The translations under genes were made by a program, and so were the position numbers. The notes beneath the pieces are model-generated. The model was not told the DNA's origin, ran no database searches, and saw nothing but the letters and a program-made list of their open reading frames with translations. From positions 62,001-126,000 of IMG/VR virus record IMGVR_UViG_3300026521_000471: a DNA stretch of 64,000 nucleotides; one strand, 5' to 3'. Numbering within the stretch: position 1 is the stretch's first letter; each line of letters starts with the position of its first letter. Of the stretch, positions 18,192-25,131 are shown in pieces.

Positions 18192-18578
18192 ATGGACTTA
18201 ACACAAGATGAAATGACAAAATTAAAAAAATTATTAAAAAGTATAAAGTCAATCGAGTCGTCAAATAATATAGATACTATCACGTTTAATAAAACGGTAG
18301 TACTAGAATCTGAAGATAACTTTATAACAATCGCAAATGGTTTTGCAATAACTCAAGCTAAGCAAGTACACCTAAATCCTTTTGAGACTAAAAAAGATAT
18401 AACAGATTCACTTTTGACGTTAGAAAGTCTAGAGTTTAAGAAAAAAATTGTTGAATCTATTGTTTCAAAATTAAATATTATTGCGTCTATAGATGAAATA
18501 GAAGGGATTGTTTCTGGTAGAATTGATATTAATGATTTAATTGATATTGAATCGTTAAAACAATCACAGTTAAGTTAA
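18192..18578 (+). CDS. Hypothetical protein
   Basis: ORF track; AAGGAG RBS. Confidence 0.7.
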   Translation: MDLTQDEMTKLKKLLKSIKSIESSNNIDTITFNKTVVLESEDNFITIANGFAITQAKQVHLNPFETKKDITDSLLTLESLEFKKKIVESIVSKLNIIASIDEIEGIVSGRIDINDLIDIESLKQSQLS

Positions 18579-18580
18579 TT

Positions 18581-18620
18581 TTAAGAACATTTATTGTATA
18601 ATTACAGTAATTAAAAAGAA
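18581..18620 (+). promoter_or_regulatory. Promoter of tRNA array 2
   Basis: TTAAG-N11-TATAAT; 30 nt identical to the array-1 promoter. Confidence 0.7.
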
Positions 18621-18733
18621 TTTAACATTTTTTAAAAAGAATTTCAAAATTTTAGCTAATTTAAGGTTAAAAAAAGAAAACTTTTTGTATAATGTTATAA
18701 ATAAAAATAAAAATTAAATCAAGGAGAATAGTA

Positions 18734-18841
18734 ATGAAAACTATTACACTACAAAATAAAAATATTACTACTATTCATAATGCCAATAAACCGGCGGTCC
18801 TTGAAATTATTAAACAAGAACAGGATAAACAGATTCTGTAA
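18734..18841 (+). CDS. Leader peptide B (35 aa, MKTITLQNKNITTIHNANKPAVLEIIKQEQDKQIL)
   Basis: AAGGAG RBS; 33 of 34 non-Met residues are amino acids served by array-2 tRNAs; Ile only ATT, Leu only CTN. Confidence 0.8.
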   Translation: MKTITLQNKNITTIHNANKPAVLEIIKQEQDKQIL

Positions 18842-18935
18842 GAGATAATTAATCTTATCTTTTACAGAATTGGTTTTCTGTGAGAGATAAGATATTCTAA
18901 ATATCTATTCTCCCACAAAACCTTTTCAATTTTTA
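18834..18935 (+). promoter_or_regulatory. Attenuator-like switch B
   Basis: Box 1 (18834-18848) and arm 3 (18876-18893) both complement arm 2 (18852-18869); C-rich tract follows. Confidence 0.75.
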
Positions 18936-18990
18936 ATATTATTTTAAGATAATTAATTGTATAATTCACTATATCAATTAAGGATTTAAA

Positions 18991-19113
18991 ATGGTTTACT
19001 TTATAACTAGTATTCTGATTCCATCAGTAGTACTTTTAGGTTTAATGTATGTTGTGTATCATCAATATGGTGAAATGAAATACAAAAGTGAAAAACGAAA
19101 AAATAAAAATTAA
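18991..19113 (+). CDS. Small membrane protein (40 aa)
   Basis: Own promoter at about 18944, AAGGA RBS, one hydrophobic helix and a basic tail. Confidence 0.55.
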   Translation: MVYFITSILIPSVVLLGLMYVVYHQYGEMKYKSEKRKNKN

Positions 19114-19225
19114 GGAACGAGTCAATGAAAGACAAGAGCGACAAGTGTCGTAAAACAATTCAAACTCTGTTTTCTTAAATAGTCATTAAAAGTGATTGTT
19201 TAGGATGCGGAGTATAAACTATTCC

Positions 19226-19302
19226 GTATCCGTAACTCAACTGGATAGAGTATTCGGCTTTTAACCGAAAGGTTGTGAGTTCAAGTCTCACCGGATACAC
19301 CA
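19226..19302 (+). tRNA. tRNA-Lys(UUU) copy 1
   Basis: TTCGG-CTTTTAA-CCGAA, CCA; D loop carries A20. Confidence 0.9.
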
Positions 19303-19304
19303 TT

Positions 19305-19380
19305 GGGTGTATAGCTCAGTTGGTAGAGCACATCACTTTTAATGATGGGGTCTAGGGTTCAAATCCCTATGCACCCACCA
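19305..19380 (+). tRNA. tRNA-Lys(UUU) copy 2
   Basis: CATCA-CTTTTAA-TGATG, CCA. Confidence 0.93.
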
Positions 19381-19464
19381 ATGTAGCATTTTACTAAGAA
19401 GATTAGATTCTTTTTATTAAAGTGTTATTGTTAGGACGCTAACATAACTCTTAGGAGTATTTTT

Positions 19465-19539
19465 ATAGTAGTAATAACCTTTGTCGGTTTCTCCTTACTA
19501 AGGAAATGAGTTCGAGTCTCATTAAAGGCTTACTACTAT
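19465..19539 (+). ncRNA. D-armless tRNA-like element in a long closing stem
   Basis: ATAGTAGTAA/TTACTACTAT stem, CCTTT/AAAGG, anticodon-like hairpin and T arm TGAG-TTCGAGT-CTCA. Confidence 0.45.
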
Positions 19540-19599
19540 ATCAAAAAGTAATAGCGTGGAGTAATTAACCACAAAATTATATACTCCGATTTTAAATAT

Positions 19600-19675
19600 T
19601 GCGGAGTGGAGCAGTTGGTAGCTCGCTGGGCTCATAACCCGGAGGTCATTGGTTCAAGTCCAATCTCCGCCACCA
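19600..19675 (+). tRNA. Initiator tRNA-fMet(CAU)
   Basis: 1:72 mismatch (U.C), three G-C pairs closing the anticodon loop, CCA. Confidence 0.93.
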
Positions 19676-19719
19676 AATTTTAAAAATTAGATTTTTTTAA
19701 CAATGTGTATAAATAGATT

Positions 19720-20008
19720 ATATATACATTTTTAAGAGAATTAAAGATGGAAATTACATCGAATTATTGGAAATTAGGAAACAACTTTCCATTGATTTTA
19801 TCTCTTACAACCGAGAAAAAGCCATAAATTGAGTGGTGTTGTAAAACTAAGAGTTGTCTAAGTTACCTGAAAGAATGGTTATTAAATAGATGCACCCAGT
19901 AAGAAAGTGCCGGGCATCAACTAAACTTAATATTATTAATTTAATATGAATGACAAACGGGCGGAGTATGGTATAAACAGGGCAGCTCAAAATTTATAAA
20001 TGTATATG
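19720..20008 (+). ncRNA. Unidentified structured RNA between fMet and Ala tRNAs
   Basis: Late promoter 19708; terminal stem 19722-19731/19998-20007; several internal hairpins; no convincing ORF. Confidence 0.4.
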
Positions 20009-20013
20009 AAAAT

Positions 20014-20089
20014 GGGGCATTAGCTCATCTGGGAGAGCGCTACCCTTGCAAGGTAGAGGCGAACGGTTCGAGTCCGTTATGCTCCACCA
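20014..20089 (+). tRNA. tRNA-Ala(UGC)
   Basis: G3.U70, CTTGCAA loop, CCA. Confidence 0.95.
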
Positions 20090-20171
20090 TTTTTAAAAAT
20101 TTATTAAAGCTTTTAATAAAAGTTTTAACAAGTTTTTACTTGAAAATAAAAATTAAATTAAGGAAATTAGT

Positions 20172-20330
20172 ATGAGAACAATTAATACAATTACAACTAC
20201 TGTAAATACACTTATTAATAACACTATTGATACTCATGCAAATGATATTATTAATATTCATACTAATGAACAAATTCTGGATATTCAGCCGAATATTCAA
20301 GAAGATGAGCAGGAACCAATCTTTCTGTAA
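20172..20330 (+). CDS. Leader peptide C (52 aa, MRTINTITTTVNTLINNTIDTHANDIINIHTNEQILDIQPNIQEDEQEPIFL)
   Basis: AAGGA RBS; 47 of 51 non-Met codons are Ile/Thr/Asn/Asp/Gln/Glu/Leu(CTN)/His/Pro, the downstream tRNA set; no Lys, ATA or TTA. Confidence 0.85.
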   Translation: MRTINTITTTVNTLINNTIDTHANDIINIHTNEQILDIQPNIQEDEQEPIFL

Positions 20331-20430
20331 GAGATAACTTAAACTTTATCCCTTACAGAGAGATTTGTAGGGGATAAAAGAAACAAACTTTCCACTTTCT
20401 TTTCTCAATCCTTTACAAACTCTCTAAATT
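20324..20430 (+). promoter_or_regulatory. Attenuator-like switch C
   Basis: Box 1 (20324-20337) and arm 3 (20364-20377) both complement arm 2 (20345-20359); long G-free C/T-rich tract follows. Confidence 0.75.
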
Positions 20431-20435
20431 ATTAT

Positions 20436-20519
20436 TGTGATATGCGCCGAATGGTAAGGTAGCCGACTGTTAATCGGTCGAGAGAAATCTCATTGCTGGT
20501 TCGAATCCAGCTATCACAG
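20436..20519 (+). tRNA. tRNA-Asn(GUU) with an unusual long variable arm
   Basis: GCCGA-CTGTTAA-TCGGT, V hairpin GAGA-GAAA-TCTC, G73; followed by CC then the next tRNA. Confidence 0.85.
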
Positions 20520-20521
20520 CC

Positions 20522-20598
20522 CGTCCCTTAGCTCAGTTGGTTAGAGCGTTCCGCTGATAACGGAGAGGTCGGAAGTTCAAATCTTCCAGGGACGACCA
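20522..20598 (+). tRNA. tRNA-Ile(GAU)
   Basis: TTCCG-CTGATAA-CGGAG, CCA. Confidence 0.95.
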
Positions 20599-20612
20599 TA
20601 AAAATTAAATAC

Positions 20613-20689
20613 GGTCTGTTAGTTCAGTTGGTTAGAACGCAACCCTGTCAAGGTTGAGGTCACCGGTTCGAGTCCGGTACAGATCGCCA
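20613..20689 (+). tRNA. tRNA-Asp(GUC) copy 1
   Basis: CAACC-CTGTCAA-GGTTG, G73, CCA. Confidence 0.95.
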
Positions 20690-20693
20690 TTAC

Positions 20694-20767
20694 TGAGGTA
20701 TCGTCTAGTGGTAGGACATCTGGTTTTGGTCCAGAGAGCGGGGGTTCGAACCCCTCTACCTCGTCCA
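20694..20767 (+). tRNA. tRNA-Gln(UUG) copy 1
   Basis: TCTGG-TTTTGGT-CCAGA, CCA. Confidence 0.93.
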
Positions 20768-20780
20768 TTGTGTATTTTGC

Positions 20781-20851
20781 TGGGCTATCGTCTAGTGGCA
20801 GGACTCCGTCTTTTGGCGGCGGTAACATAGGTTCGAATCCTATTAGCCCAT
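20781..20851 (+). tRNA. tRNA-Gln(UUG) copy 2
   Basis: CCGTC-TTTTGGC-GGCGG; no encoded CCA. Confidence 0.9.
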
Positions 20852-20895
20852 CAAAGTACATTGTACTTTTATCAATGAAGATATAAAAATAAAAC

Positions 20896-20970
20896 GGCTC
20901 CATGGAGAAGTGGTTATCTCATCGCTCTTTCACAGCGAAATCTCGGGTTCAAATCCCGATGGAGTCACCA
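20896..20970 (+). tRNA. tRNA-Glu(UUC) copy 1
   Basis: TCGCT-CTTTCAC-AGCGA, CCA. Confidence 0.95.
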
Positions 20971-20979
20971 AATTTAATT

Positions 20980-21062
20980 GCCGAAATGGTGGAATTGGTA
21001 GACACGCTAGACTTAGGATCTAGTGCTTTTGCGTGAGAGTTCGAGTCTCTCTTTCGGCACCA
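20980..21062 (+). tRNA. tRNA-Leu(UAG)
   Basis: CTAGA-CTTAGGA-TCTAG, V arm, CCA. Confidence 0.95.
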
Positions 21063-21132
21063 TTATATCAATTTATTGATGAAGCCTTAATTTAAATATT
21101 AAAGTTTCACAAATAAATTGTTACGAGCTTTA

Positions 21133-21232
21133 GAATCGCACATAGGATACGCGGCCTATGTAGCAGAAGTACCCACTTTAAGGAGGGAGATAGATTTCAA
21201 GGGATTGAAATTGAATATCCAGAATGCGATTC
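21133..21232 (+). ncRNA. Unidentified multibranch RNA inside tRNA array 2
   Basis: Closing stem GAATCGCA/TGCGATTC with three internal hairpins. Confidence 0.45.
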
Positions 21233-21242
21233 ATTAAAAAAT

Positions 21243-21319
21243 GTCGATGTATATCAACTGGTTAGATTGCCACCCTGTCAAGGTGGAGGTTGTGGGTTCG
21301 AGTCCCATCATTGACGCCA
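21243..21319 (+). tRNA. tRNA-Asp(GUC) copy 2
   Basis: CCACC-CTGTCAA-GGTGG, G73, CCA. Confidence 0.92.
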
Positions 21320-21322
21320 AAT

Positions 21323-21397
21323 GCTTCGTTCGACTATCGGCTAGGTCATTAGGTTTTCATCCTAAAAAGAGGGGTTCGATTCCCCTACGAAGTACCA
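21323..21397 (+). tRNA. tRNA-Glu(UUC) copy 2
   Basis: TTAGG-TTTTCAT-CCTAA, CCA. Confidence 0.92.
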
Positions 21398-21410
21398 TTT
21401 TTTATTATAA

Positions 21411-21488
21411 CGGGGTGTGGGAAAGTTTGGTTAATCCGCTACTTTTGGGAAGTAGAAATCCTCAGTTCGAGTCTGAGCACCCCGACCA
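21411..21488 (+). tRNA. tRNA-Pro(UGG)
   Basis: C1-G72, TTTGGGA loop, CCA. Confidence 0.93.
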
Positions 21489-21501
21489 TTTACATATCAA
21501 T

Positions 21502-21577
21502 GCCGATTTAGCTCAGTTGGTAGAGCAACTCACTTGTAATGAGTAGGCCTGGAGTTCAAATCTTCAAATCGGCACCA
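21502..21577 (+). tRNA. tRNA-Thr(UGU)
   Basis: ACTCA-CTTGTAA-TGAGT, CCA. Confidence 0.95.
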
Positions 21578-21595
21578 CTTCTAATTGTTAAATAT

Positions 21596-21673
21596 GGTAG
21601 TAGTAGCTCAGTTGGTTAGAGCGACGGTTTGTGGCACCGTAGGTCGTGGGTTCGAATCCCATCTATTACCCCA
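21596..21673 (+). tRNA. tRNA-His(GUG)
   Basis: G-1:C73, ACGGT-TTGTGGC-ACCGT, CCA. Confidence 0.95.
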
Positions 21674-21675
21674 TT

Positions 21676-21762
21676 GTCGATATGGTGAAATTGGTAAACA
21701 CACTACCTTGAGGGGGTAGCGCCTATTAAGGTTTGAGAGTTCGAATCTCTCTATCGACACCA
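21676..21762 (+). tRNA. tRNA-Leu(GAG)
   Basis: CTACC-TTGAGGG-GGTAG, V arm, CCA. Confidence 0.95.
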
Positions 21763-21833
21763 TCTTTTAATTCTCCTTTCAATCAAATTTCATTAAATCT
21801 TAGAATAAATAAAAATAAAAAAAGAGGTTTCAA

Positions 21834-22076
21834 ATGAATCTTAAATCAATTATCGAATCATCTTATGAAGATAGAGTTTGTGAATGCAATAATATTTCCA
21901 GAGGTGAGTTATTAAAGCAATCTTCATTCAATCAAGCATTAACAGCAAAAGAAGTAATAGAATCTTTAGTGAAAAAAGGATGTGGATGCTGTTTAAAAAA
22001 TAAAGACGATTGGGAAAATTCTTCATGTAGAGAAAAAAAAGAATTAGTTATTCATTACTCAGATATAATCAGATAA
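21834..22076 (+). CDS. BFD-like [2Fe-2S]-binding protein
   Basis: VCECNNIS...GCGCC pattern. Confidence 0.65.
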   Translation: MNLKSIIESSYEDRVCECNNISRGELLKQSSFNQALTAKEVIESLVKKGCGCCLKNKDDWENSSCREKKELVIHYSDIIR

Positions 22077-22146
22077 TATATTAAAATCATTTATAAATAA
22101 TATTGATTTGTTTTACAAATTACTATTTTATAAATGGAGAAAATTT

Positions 22147-22596
22147 ATGTATAATTTTGGAAAAAGAAGTAGAAGCAGACTTGACACTTGTCACCCAGAC
22201 TTAATTAAGATTATGGAAGAAGCTATTAAAGTTTTTGACTTTTCTGTTTTGGAAGGCATTAGAACTACTGAAAAACAACAAGAATATTTTGAAACAGGTA
22301 GAAGTAAATTAGATGGCATTCATAAACTATCTAAACATCAAGACCATGGAGATGGTTTATCTCATGCAATCGATATTATGCCTTATAAAAAAGGGACAAA
22401 TGCTTTTAGTGGAAAAGAGAAAGATAAAGCAAGGTTTTATTTCTTGGCAGGATTGATTAAAGGTATTACTTATAGACTTTTAGAAGAAGGAAAAATTTCA
22501 CATACTATTAGATGGGGTGGAGATTGGGATTCCGATGATATCTTTAATGATCAAAATTTTGATGATTTACCTCACTTTGAGTTAAAAGCTATTTAA
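22147..22596 (+). CDS. Endolysin, M15 L-Ala-D-Glu peptidase family
   Basis: EGIRT..Q, SKH, HAIDI, WGGDW, DLPHFEL; start moved to ATG 22147. Confidence 0.88.
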   Translation: MYNFGKRSRSRLDTCHPDLIKIMEEAIKVFDFSVLEGIRTTEKQQEYFETGRSKLDGIHKLSKHQDHGDGLSHAIDIMPYKKGTNAFSGKEKDKARFYFLAGLIKGITYRLLEEGKISHTIRWGGDWDSDDIFNDQNFDDLPHFELKAI

Positions 22597-22683
22597 TATA
22601 AGAAATTTACCTACTCTTTGACTAAATTTAATATAAAATTAAGTATAAATAAATTAAAATTAAATTAAAAAAGAGCAGGTAAT

Positions 22684-22980
22684 ATGTACAAATTTAAACC
22701 CTCCCCTCTTGTTGAAAAACTATACGAAGAAATTAACAAATCAATAAATTCATCATCAGAAATAGAATCTTATATTGTAGATGGTATAATCAGCGGATTA
22801 TTATTAGAATATATGGAAGCAACTAGTAAAAATCAAGAATTTAATGGATTTGGTTCTCTTAATGCCGATGACTTTGATAAACTTGTGGGTTTAATTGATG
22901 AAGAAAATGCACCTTTTGAGGACATAACGCCGATTGAAGAAGTATTAGGTAATATAGATAGCTTTGAAAATGAGGATTAA
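22684..22980 (+). CDS. Hypothetical acidic late protein
   Basis: ORF track; TATAAATA 22644. Confidence 0.65.
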   Translation: MYKFKPSPLVEKLYEEINKSINSSSEIESYIVDGIISGLLLEYMEATSKNQEFNGFGSLNADDFDKLVGLIDEENAPFEDITPIEEVLGNIDSFENED

Positions 22981-22983
22981 TAT

Positions 22984-25131
22984 ATGCAACTGAAAGATTT
23001 ATTATGTGAAAAAATCACTCCAACTGATAAAGATATTATCGATTGTGTTACAGCTGTTGGTATAAAAGGTATGTATTTAAATGCCACCGATAAAAAAGAG
23101 TTACCAAAAAATAATAAAGTTTTAAATTCCTATAATAAAATACAAAATGATTTTATGTTCATTATGAAAAAATTTACTACATTGACTAAATTTTATTTTA
23201 GAGAATCAGATAAAACAATGAAAGGTAATACTGAGAAAGCAGCACAATATCTATTATTAAATAAAGATAAATATAACACAATTAAATCAACATATGACTT
23301 TATTGAAAAGAGTATTAAAACATTTAAAAGTAATACTAAAAAGATAAAAAAAATTATTAATAATTCTAGGAAATCTAAAAATGAAAAACTACTTTTAGAT
23401 TTAGATATTCTGGAATCTAAATTAACTAAAACATTAAGTTTAATAAATTATACAGAAAGAACTTTGGATAATGTGAAATCTGTTTTAGATTTAGTAGAAA
23501 AACCTAATTTCCAATCAGCATTCGGAATTGTTACAACTTTAAAAGCCAAAAATAAAGTTTTAACTGAAAATGCTATGCTTGACATAAGTATCCCGAATCT
23601 AGATAAAGTTGTAACCAATGATGAAAAATTAGAAACTTTTTTATTAGATTATTATCGAATAGAAGAAAAATTTGATGGGACAAAACTGACGTTATGGCGA
23701 AATAGCAATGAATGGGAAGAAGATTATCGTAAAAATTGGGTAGTTTCATTTAAAAACCAAATTTTATATCCAGCTGAATTTGACAAGATTGATAGAAATA
23801 TTATTAAAAAATATTCATTAGGTATTTCACAATATGCATTTATTCATGATCACCTTAAAAGATTTCATAAAAATACTAAAGATATACCAACAAATACTGA
23901 ATTCTTTATAGAATTTATACAAAATAAATTAACCACTACTAGAGATTATAAAAAACAACATGATCTATTTCTTATTGCTTATTCACCTGCTAAGGGAAGT
24001 ATTGAGGGTGGCATGCTAAAGACCTCCCCTATTGGGTTTTTTCAGCAGGATTTAAATATATTTAGTGAAATCTTATCTTTAAAAATGCCTCCCGTAGTTT
24101 TTCATGGACAAATAAATTCTGAAGAAAATTTTACGAAAGGCATTAAAAATAATAATCTTATGAATGCTTGGATTAGTAATAAACATTTATTTGAGAAAAA
24201 TAAATATGATACTATTAAGAAAACATTATTATCATTTGAATCTATATTAGGTGGAAAAACTGAGGGAGTAGTACTTCATTCTTCTAGTGGCACAATGTTT
24301 AAATTTCTACAAGATGACCAACATGATAAAAGTGTAAGATTTGCTAAAAAATTAAGATTTCAAAATAGCAAAGAAATTGAAGAAAAATATTGGTCTGAAA
24401 TTTATATTTTAGCTAAGGAAAATATAGACAATATAGAAAATCTTAATAGTAATAATTATGAAATAAATCTTAGTAAAATAGTTAAAGCTATTTATAGTAT
24501 TAAAGATAATAGAATTAAAAGTCTTTTTACCTTTAAATTTAAAGCCATGAAAAAAGAAGATAAATTGACTGATGATAAGGCTTTAATACAAAAGATTAGA
24601 GATGATTTGCATTTAACATCAAAACAATTACTTATGGATAAGCTTCCTGAAAATCAGAACGCACTTTTTATTGGGAAATTAAGAGTACCTACTAAAGCTC
24701 ATACTGATATTATTAGAAAAGCTATAGACAAGTATAATCATGTGATTATTTGTATTGTGAAAGCCAAAAAAGATAATAAACTGTCTTTAAACTTAGAATA
24801 TCAAAAAAAGATTCTAAAAAGATTATTTGGTGAAAAAGTAACTATTATTGAACATAGTACTGGAAACTTAACTTCAATTATAAATAAATCACCAAAAAGA
24901 ATTAAATTCTTATTAACCGGTACTGATAGAATTGAAAGTTATAAAGGTCAGTTAAAAAGACATCCTCAGATCAATATGATTGAAATAGAAAGGGATGAAG
25001 AATCAGTTGATAATATTTCAGCCACAAAAACAATAGATTATATTAGAAATAATAATATAAGTGGTTTTAAGGAAATGGTGGATATAGAAATATGGGATGA
25101 ATTTGAGAATATAAGAGAGGTGTTAAAATGA
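22984..25131 (+). CDS. ATP-dependent ligase-like nucleotidyltransferase fused to an HxGH cytidyltransferase-like domain
   Basis: Motif I IEEKFDGTK, EFFIEF, EGVVL, FKF; C-terminal GKLRVPTKAH...GTDR. Confidence 0.65.
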   Translation: MQLKDLLCEKITPTDKDIIDCVTAVGIKGMYLNATDKKELPKNNKVLNSYNKIQNDFMFIMKKFTTLTKFYFRESDKTMKGNTEKAAQYLLLNKDKYNTIKSTYDFIEKSIKTFKSNTKKIKKIINNSRKSKNEKLLLDLDILESKLTKTLSLINYTERTLDNVKSVLDLVEKPNFQSAFGIVTTLKAKNKVLTENAMLDISIPNLDKVVTNDEKLETFLLDYYRIEEKFDGTKLTLWRNSNEWEEDYRKNWVVSFKNQILYPAEFDKIDRNIIKKYSLGISQYAFIHDHLKRFHKNTKDIPTNTEFFIEFIQNKLTTTRDYKKQHDLFLIAYSPAKGSIEGGMLKTSPIGFFQQDLNIFSEILSLKMPPVVFHGQINSEENFTKGIKNNNLMNAWISNKHLFEKNKYDTIKKTLLSFESILGGKTEGVVLHSSSGTMFKFLQDDQHDKSVRFAKKLRFQNSKEIEEKYWSEIYILAKENIDNIENLNSNNYEINLSKIVKAIYSIKDNRIKSLFTFKFKAMKKEDKLTDDKALIQKIRDDLHLTSKQLLMDKLPENQNALFIGKLRVPTKAHTDIIRKAIDKYNHVIICIVKAKKDNKLSLNLEYQKKILKRLFGEKVTIIEHSTGNLTSIINKSPKRIKFLLTGTDRIESYKGQLKRHPQINMIEIERDEESVDNISATKTIDYIRNNNISGFKEMVDIEIWDEFENIREVLK

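Noticed and set aside
19795-19810. TTTTATCTCTTACA, a perfect complement of the attenuator stop box, as a trans-acting anti-attenuator
   Set aside because: It has a local pairing partner (GTTGTAAAACTAAGAG near 19834-19850), so cis structure explains it; a trans role is unsupported.
10280-21546. ORF-track entries 10280..10468(-), 20619..20903(-) and 21241..21546(+)
   Set aside because: They are chance frames across GC-rich tRNA genes, with no RBS or plausible protein features.
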